From: Eledone cirrhosa
Taxonomy: Eukaryota
DNA: 64,000 bases
Direction of reading: 5' to 3'
NCBI GenBank assembly: GCA_964016885.1
Contig: OZ024742.1
Coordinates: forward strand, 377,270,001-377,334,000
Both the position numbers and the translations under genes were made by a program. Below the pieces are notes generated by a model, which saw nothing but the letters and a program-made list of their open reading frames with translations, was not told the DNA's origin and searched no databases. Below are positions 58,106-64,000 of this stretch, piece after piece (the first letter of the stretch is position 1; each line of letters begins with the position of its first letter).

Positions 58106-59997
58106 TTACCTTACTTCTCGTAGGGGAAGGACGGCTTTTCCATCCTTTTCACTGCTTGTGGCCTCCTCAGGAAGGATGTCCTTATAAATCCTCCTGGAGA
58201 GTGCTTGTCGGAAGTCTCCGATGTCTTTGGGGAATTTTTGTTTTAGTGTCATGTACGTTTTCTGTGTGATGCGAGTGATTTGTATGTGTGGAGGTGGTGT
58301 GAATTTTGGGGTTGTTGTGTAGTCTTTTTCTGTGATGCTGGTGTTGTGTTGGATGTAGTGTAATAATTGCTTGTTGTTCAAATTTAATGCTGTGTAGTGT
58401 GTATCGTTTTGGTTGTTTTGTTTTGTTTGCGTTTGTTGTGGGTTTGTTTCTGTTTCGCATTTTGGTGACTTTTGTGGTGTAGGTGATGGTGGTGTTGGAG
58501 TTAATGATGGTGATGGTGTTGGTGTTTGGGTTGATGGGGTTGGTGATGCTGGTGTGGATGGTGGCATATCTGTCCTAACTTTTTTGTTTCTTAGTTTATT
58601 TGTTTCCCTCTGTATTTTGTTTTTGGAGGGGGAAGGAAAAGAATTTTTTCTTTTTTGGTTTCTTTTTTTTTTTCCGGATATCGTTTCCCACTCCTCGTCG
58701 TCACAATCTGTCTCCAGTTGTGATAGGCCGGGGAGTGGAAAATCCTCCACAGCCGTTAGTTTTGGTTGTGGTGTGGTGGATGGTGTAGGCGCTGGTGCTA
58801 GTTCTGAAGCGTTGGGTGGTGGTGGTGTTGGTTTTGCTGGTGGTGGTAGTGGTGTTGGTTTTGCTACTGTTGCTGGGGTTGTTGCTGTTATAGTTGCTTC
58901 TGTTGTTGCTGCTACAGTTGTTGCTGCCATCTCTGCTACTGGTGGTGTTGATGGTTGTGTCACTGGGGTGGGTAGGAGAGGTGGCCTCAACCTTTTAGCC
59001 TGAGGGCAGAAAGCCCTTAGGTGGGTTCCTTCAGCACAAACGACACACCTAGGTCTTCTGCCCTCGACAATTACCGTGAGGTGGCTGCCGTCAGTGAGGT
59101 CTATTACCTCTGGGATCTCCTCAATGCTTTTTTGGTCCGCTTGGATCAGGAGCTCCATCCCAGATCCGGACCAGTTTTCCTGCTTTTCTTTTGCTACTGC
59201 TATTATTTTCGTGTTGGTTTCGATGCCGGCGAGGACAGCCGCTATTAGCCAGGGAATTTCGATGGCCGGTGGAACGTGGGTCACCCTGATCTTTACGAGT
59301 CTCTGGCCACAATAGCTTGGGACGAGTGTGAGGTCGTCACTTTTTAATGGGGCCATGGAGTGTTCTCTAGCCTCCTCTGGTGTTTCAAAGAACACATCCA
59401 CGGTTCCATACTTTTGCCCACGTCTGATGTGGGTTTTTCTTGCCCACACATGTCCCAAAGCTTTTTGGATTTGGGACTCGGATGCCCGTTCCACTCGGCG
59501 CGATTTTACATTTATTGTTCTATACGACACGGTGCATAGGCGCCGATGCTCCATTTTATTAGGTGGGGTGGGGGGGGGGGGGTGAGGCTGACCCTGTACC
59601 CATCTTTCTTTACCATTTGTTTGGCATTTTCTAAATCTTCTTGAGTTACCGTGAACGCTTCGAATTGTTTTGCTACGATGGCGAAACTGAGGGTCGGTTT
59701 TATAATGTCATTGTTGTTGTTGTTGCTATCGTTATTTGTGTTAATCTTAATTTTTGTTTCAGTTGTGGTGGTGGTGACGTCATTCGTCTTTGGTGCGGAA
59801 GAGTCCATTTTGCTTGATTTCATTTCGACATCACGAGTTAATTTATTTTTTTCTTCTTTTGTTTCTGTTGTCGCGGTGGTGGTGGAGGCTTTAACACCTG
59901 CAGTCATTGGTAATGGCGGGAAATGAATGTCTGCCTGAGACAAATTTAAAATATTGCTACTGCTTATATTTTTTTGTGTTGGCAAACGTAGTAACAT
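58106..59997 (-). pseudogene. Tx1 ORF1 (gag-like, CCHC knuckle, Pro/Thr-rich), frameshift in the poly-C run near 59570-59582
   Basis: CVVCAEGTHLRAFC = CX2CX4HX4C. ORFs 59512-59997 and 58106-59554 join across the homopolymer. Confidence 0.8.
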
Positions 59998-60313
59998 TTA
60001 CAATGGTGGTGTCGGTGTGAGGTGTTATTTTGTGAGGAAGGCTTTCAGCTGCTTCGTGCAGAGGGGAATTAGCCATTTTTTTTTCAAAGAAATTTTTTGA
60101 TAATAATAAAAGTTAAAATTTTGGGCACAAGGCCCCAATCTTTTTGGGTGTCCTTTTCGGAAAACAATGTATGTGTGCTTATAAACAGTTAACAATAAAA
60201 TTTTCCATAAATGGCAATTTTTAACAAACGGAAATAACAAACCTTTGCGGAGCTCACGATGATACGATTTACTACGTAGGTCGCCAATAATAATAATAAT
60301 AATAATAATAACT

Positions 60314-63300
60314 CAATCCTCGATAAGAGTGTTTAAATGTCGAACCTAAACAGTTCGAATAATGGTGAAATGGAGACTAGAATGTCATGTGACAAACTCT
60401 CACCCAACAGGTGCTCCCTGGCTCAGCAGCAGGGACCTGGCTGTCAACCAAATACTGCTGGTGTTGGAGGAAGAAGAAGAAGGAAAGGGACCAGAACCAA
60501 CTGGACGAAAGAATTGAATAGAACTGTTATGCAATGCTACCTGAAAAGTAACCCCAAGGAGAAAGGCTATAGGAAAAGGATGCATAACATCTGGAACGAG
60601 ATTGGTCCATTTAAATTAGATGAACAAAAAATGGCCGGGCAGGCTCGGGTAATAAGAACTAATGGGTGGATAAGCGAGCTGGAACTGGAGGAACTGGGCA
60701 GAGAGATTAGCTTGGAGATGGAGGGTGTAGTATGCCAGGCAAACAAGCCAGTGGGAAATGAAGGAGAAGAGGTCGAGAGAACGGAGGAACCACCCGAAAC
60801 AGACAATGATCTGAATGCTGAGATAAATAATACCTGGAACAGAGATACGGCCACTGAGGAGATGAATGCTGACGGGCTAGGACAAGATTTGGTAGATATC
60901 CTAAACTTAGTGGTAGATGAATTGAACAATGATAGTGGGAGACCTATGAACCTAAGATTTGTAGACAGGAAAAAGTTAAAAGAAACAACAGCTAAGGTAA
61001 ACAAAGTCATCCCATACCTTGAGGCGAGGAGCCTTCACCAGTGCAACAATATCCTCAAAGCAACAGCAAATACGGTGAGGAAACTACTTGGTATAAAAGC
61101 GAGAGGAAACAACAGGCAAGAAAGAGCAGAGCCTTGGTGGAAGAAACGACTGAGTGGTCAAATCAGGGAAATGAGAAATGGCATTGGAAAGCTCGAGTCC
61201 CTACTGAATGGGACACTAAAAAACATAGACAATAAAAATAGACTGGAAATAAAGTACAAAACTAGGAGGAAAAAGCTAAATATTATCATAGAGGAACTGA
61301 AGCAACGCATTGTAGCAAACGTGCAAAAATCAGGCGATACGAGAACAGAGTCAGCCAGTATAGACAGAACCGCATGTTCGACAACAACCAGAAGATGCTG
61401 TTTGGACAGCTTGAAGGGAAAGAAAGAGGCAAAGACTTGATCCCTGAGGCGGAACAAACTAAAACATTCTGGAGAGGAATATGGGAGCAGGATGTTAAAC
61501 ATAATGACCAGGCAGTGTGGATTGAGACAGTACAGAAGGAGATCAGTGACAGGCACGCCAACAAACTGATTTGAGTATCACAGTTGAAACTCTTAAGGGG
61601 CAGGCCAAAAAACTAACCAAGTGGAAATCACCTGGCCCAGATGGTGTGCAGGGGTATTGGATTAAAAACATAACATCCCTCCACCCGAAACTGACAACCA
61701 TGTTCAATGACTGCTTGATGTCAGGTGAGGTACCAGAGTGGTTGACGAAAGGTACCACAGTTCTGATAATGAAAGACCGAATCAAGGGTAATGATGTTAC
61801 CAACTATAGACCTATCACATGTCTGTCCGTAATGTGGAAACTGTTGACAAGCATTATGTCTGAGGAAATCTACCATCACCTCCACACAAACAACTTGTTA
61901 TCGGACGAACAGAAAGGATGTCGAAAGAAGTCACGTGGTACAAAGGACCATTTACTTATTGATAAGATGGTAATGAGGAATTGCAAGAGGAGACACACTG
62001 GTCTTGTCATGGGATGGATAGACTACAAAAAGGCATTTGACATGGTGCCTCATTCTTGGATCACCAAAAGCCTGGAGATCTTCAAGGTGGCAGATAACAT
62101 CAGGCAGTTGTTGGGCAAAAGTATGAAGTCCTGGGAAACCGAGTTAACATCAACTGGAGAATCCTTGGAAAGCGTGAAGATCAAGAGAGGTATCTTCCAG
62201 GGAGATAGTCTGTCCCCTCTGTTGTTTGTCCTTGCCCTGATGCCCCTGACCAGTGTACTGCGAAAAGTGAGAGCAGGATACAGGTTGGGAAAGGGAGGGC
62301 TTACCATCAATCACCTCCTCTTCATGGACGATCTTAAGCTCTTCGGGAAGAGTGAGAAGGAGTTGGATGTGCTTGTTGACACTGTCGTATTTTCAGCAAT
62401 GATATATGTATGCCATTTGGTATTAGTAAGTGTGGAGTCATTGGGATGAGAAGGGGTAAGTTGAGCAGAAGTAACGGAATCCAGATACCAACAGGTGAGA
62501 TGATAATAGAAATTGACTCTGAAGAAGGATACAAGTATTTGGGCGTTCTGGAGGCTGATGACATCAAGAACAAAAAAATGAAGGAATTGATAAGAACTGA
62601 ATACCTTCGGAGAGTAAGGAGCGTATTAAAGTCACATCTGAACAGTAGGAATGCCATAAGTGCAGTAAATTCCCGAGCTGTGTCTATTATTAGGTACAGT
62701 GCGGGAATTCTGAGATGGAATGTTGCTGAACAAAAAGAAATGGATAGGAAGACTAGGAAGCTATTGACTATCTACAACATGTTCCACAATAGGAGTGATG
62801 TCGATAGACTCTACTTAAGGAGATCTGAGGGTGGAAGAGGTCTTATCAGCATAGAGGACTGTGTTCAGATGGAGAAAAACAACCTACACAAATACGTGAC
62901 TGATAGTAAGGAGCCAATGCTCAGAACTGTACTGAAGGAGTGGACAATAGACCAGGGGATGTCCAAGGAGGTAATAACATCAAGGAGAAAGAGCAGCCTT
63001 CAGGAAAAATCCCTTCATAGTACCTTCTTTGAGAAAACGAACTTAGAGATCCACAGACATGGAACTGGTTGAAAAGAGGAGACCTTAAAAAGGCTACAGA
63101 AGGAATGTTAATGGCTGCGCAGGAGCAGGCCCTCAAAACGAAGTGCTTGAAACACCACATTTACAAGGAGGAGGCTATCCCACTGTGCAGGATCTGTGGA
63201 GAGAGAGAGAAGACTGTGGCTCACATTGTATCCGAGTATAAACACCTAGCCCAGACTCACTATAAGGGCTAGAGACATGATGTGATGGGCAGGGTAATCG

Positions 63301-63835
63301 ACTGGCACCTGTGCAAAGTAAACAATTTACCACATTCTGAGAAGTGGTATGAGCATAAGCCAGAGGCGGTGATAGAAAACGATCAGGTGAAGGTGCTGTG
63401 GGATTTTAGGATACAGACGGACAAGAAACTGGAACACAATAGACCTGACCTGGTGGTTTTGGACAAAGAAAAAAGATCGTGCCTGATTGTGGATGTGGCC
63501 TGCCCATTCGACACGAGAGTGCAAGAGAAGGAGAGGGAGAAAATTAACCGATACCAGGACTTAAAGTGGGAGGGAAAAAGGATTTGGAACTGCCATGAAG
63601 TCAGAGTGATCCCGATTGTCATAGGCGCACTAGGGACTATCTCAAAAAGTTTCCAGGGATGGTTAAAGAAAATTAGCCCCTTCACGCTTTTTGGAACGCT
63701 TCAAAGGGCATGCTTGCTGGGAACAGTAAGAACCCTCCTATAGGTCCTGAATATCTGAGGCTGCAGGTAGTGGCTTGATATTCATCTCAACAAACTTTCC
63801 AGTTAACTAAAATCAATGACTGAGACTCAAAGAGT
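60314..63835 (+). mobile_element. Dong/R4 family A, copy 2 (5' UTR truncated, several frameshifts), (TAA)n on both sides
   Basis: Collinear with 45738-49260; ORF fragments 60337-63743; tail at 63835-63871. Confidence 0.92.
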
Positions 63836-63870
63836 AATAACAATAGTAATAATAATAATAATAATAATAA

Positions 63871-64000
63871 TGTTTGTGAAGGAAACGGAATCAAGCACTC
63901 GAAAATGAGGGAAAGGATACGGAAGGAATGTTACCGCAGAGTAAGAGCAATCTTAAGAACGGAATTGAATGCAAGGAATAGGACCGATGCCATAAACACG
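63871..64000 (+). mobile_element. Dong/R4 family B, copy 2, 5'-truncated, running off the window end
   Basis: tgtttgtgaagga.acggaatcaagcactcga... matches family B from ~52886. Confidence 0.9.

Larger units (their letters stand above)
54408..60285 (-). mobile_element. Tx1-type (L1 group) non-LTR retrotransposon, near full length, flanked by (TAA)n on both sides
   Basis: Two ORFs; 3' end aataaagaaaac abuts (ATT)n; 5' end abuts (TAA)n at 60286-60311. Confidence 0.88.

Overview
Animal nuclear DNA, AT-rich and saturated with microsatellites, with no prokaryotic features. The SINE family and repeat landscape resemble a cephalopod (Octopus-like) genome; this is inference. Positions 1-44 kb are mostly (TA)n, (CA)n, (GA)n and (TATG)n tracts, minisatellites, tRNA-derived SINEs and decayed transposons (Helitron ends, Tc1/mariner, CR1-like, hAT, Penelope-like), plus one candidate signal-peptide first exon of a host gene on the minus strand. 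Positions 45.6-64 kb are a chain of site-specific non-LTR retrotransposons joined through (TAA)n tracts: two Dong/R4-type families (RT plus restriction-like endonuclease), each present twice, and one near-intact Tx1-type element in the opposite orientation. The main signal outside the ORF track is about 11 complete-looking and about 7 degenerate or half type I hammerhead ribozyme motifs (CUGANGA...GAAA, usually with a palindromic stem III) between 13.8 and 40 kb. They belong to several sequence-unrelated families. Most lie in long inverted repeats embedded in (TA)n, one pair forms a ~426-nt direct tandem (retrozyme-like), and many share a short YACTC...GAGTRC tail motif. All RNA folds were read by eye and none is computationally or experimentally validated.
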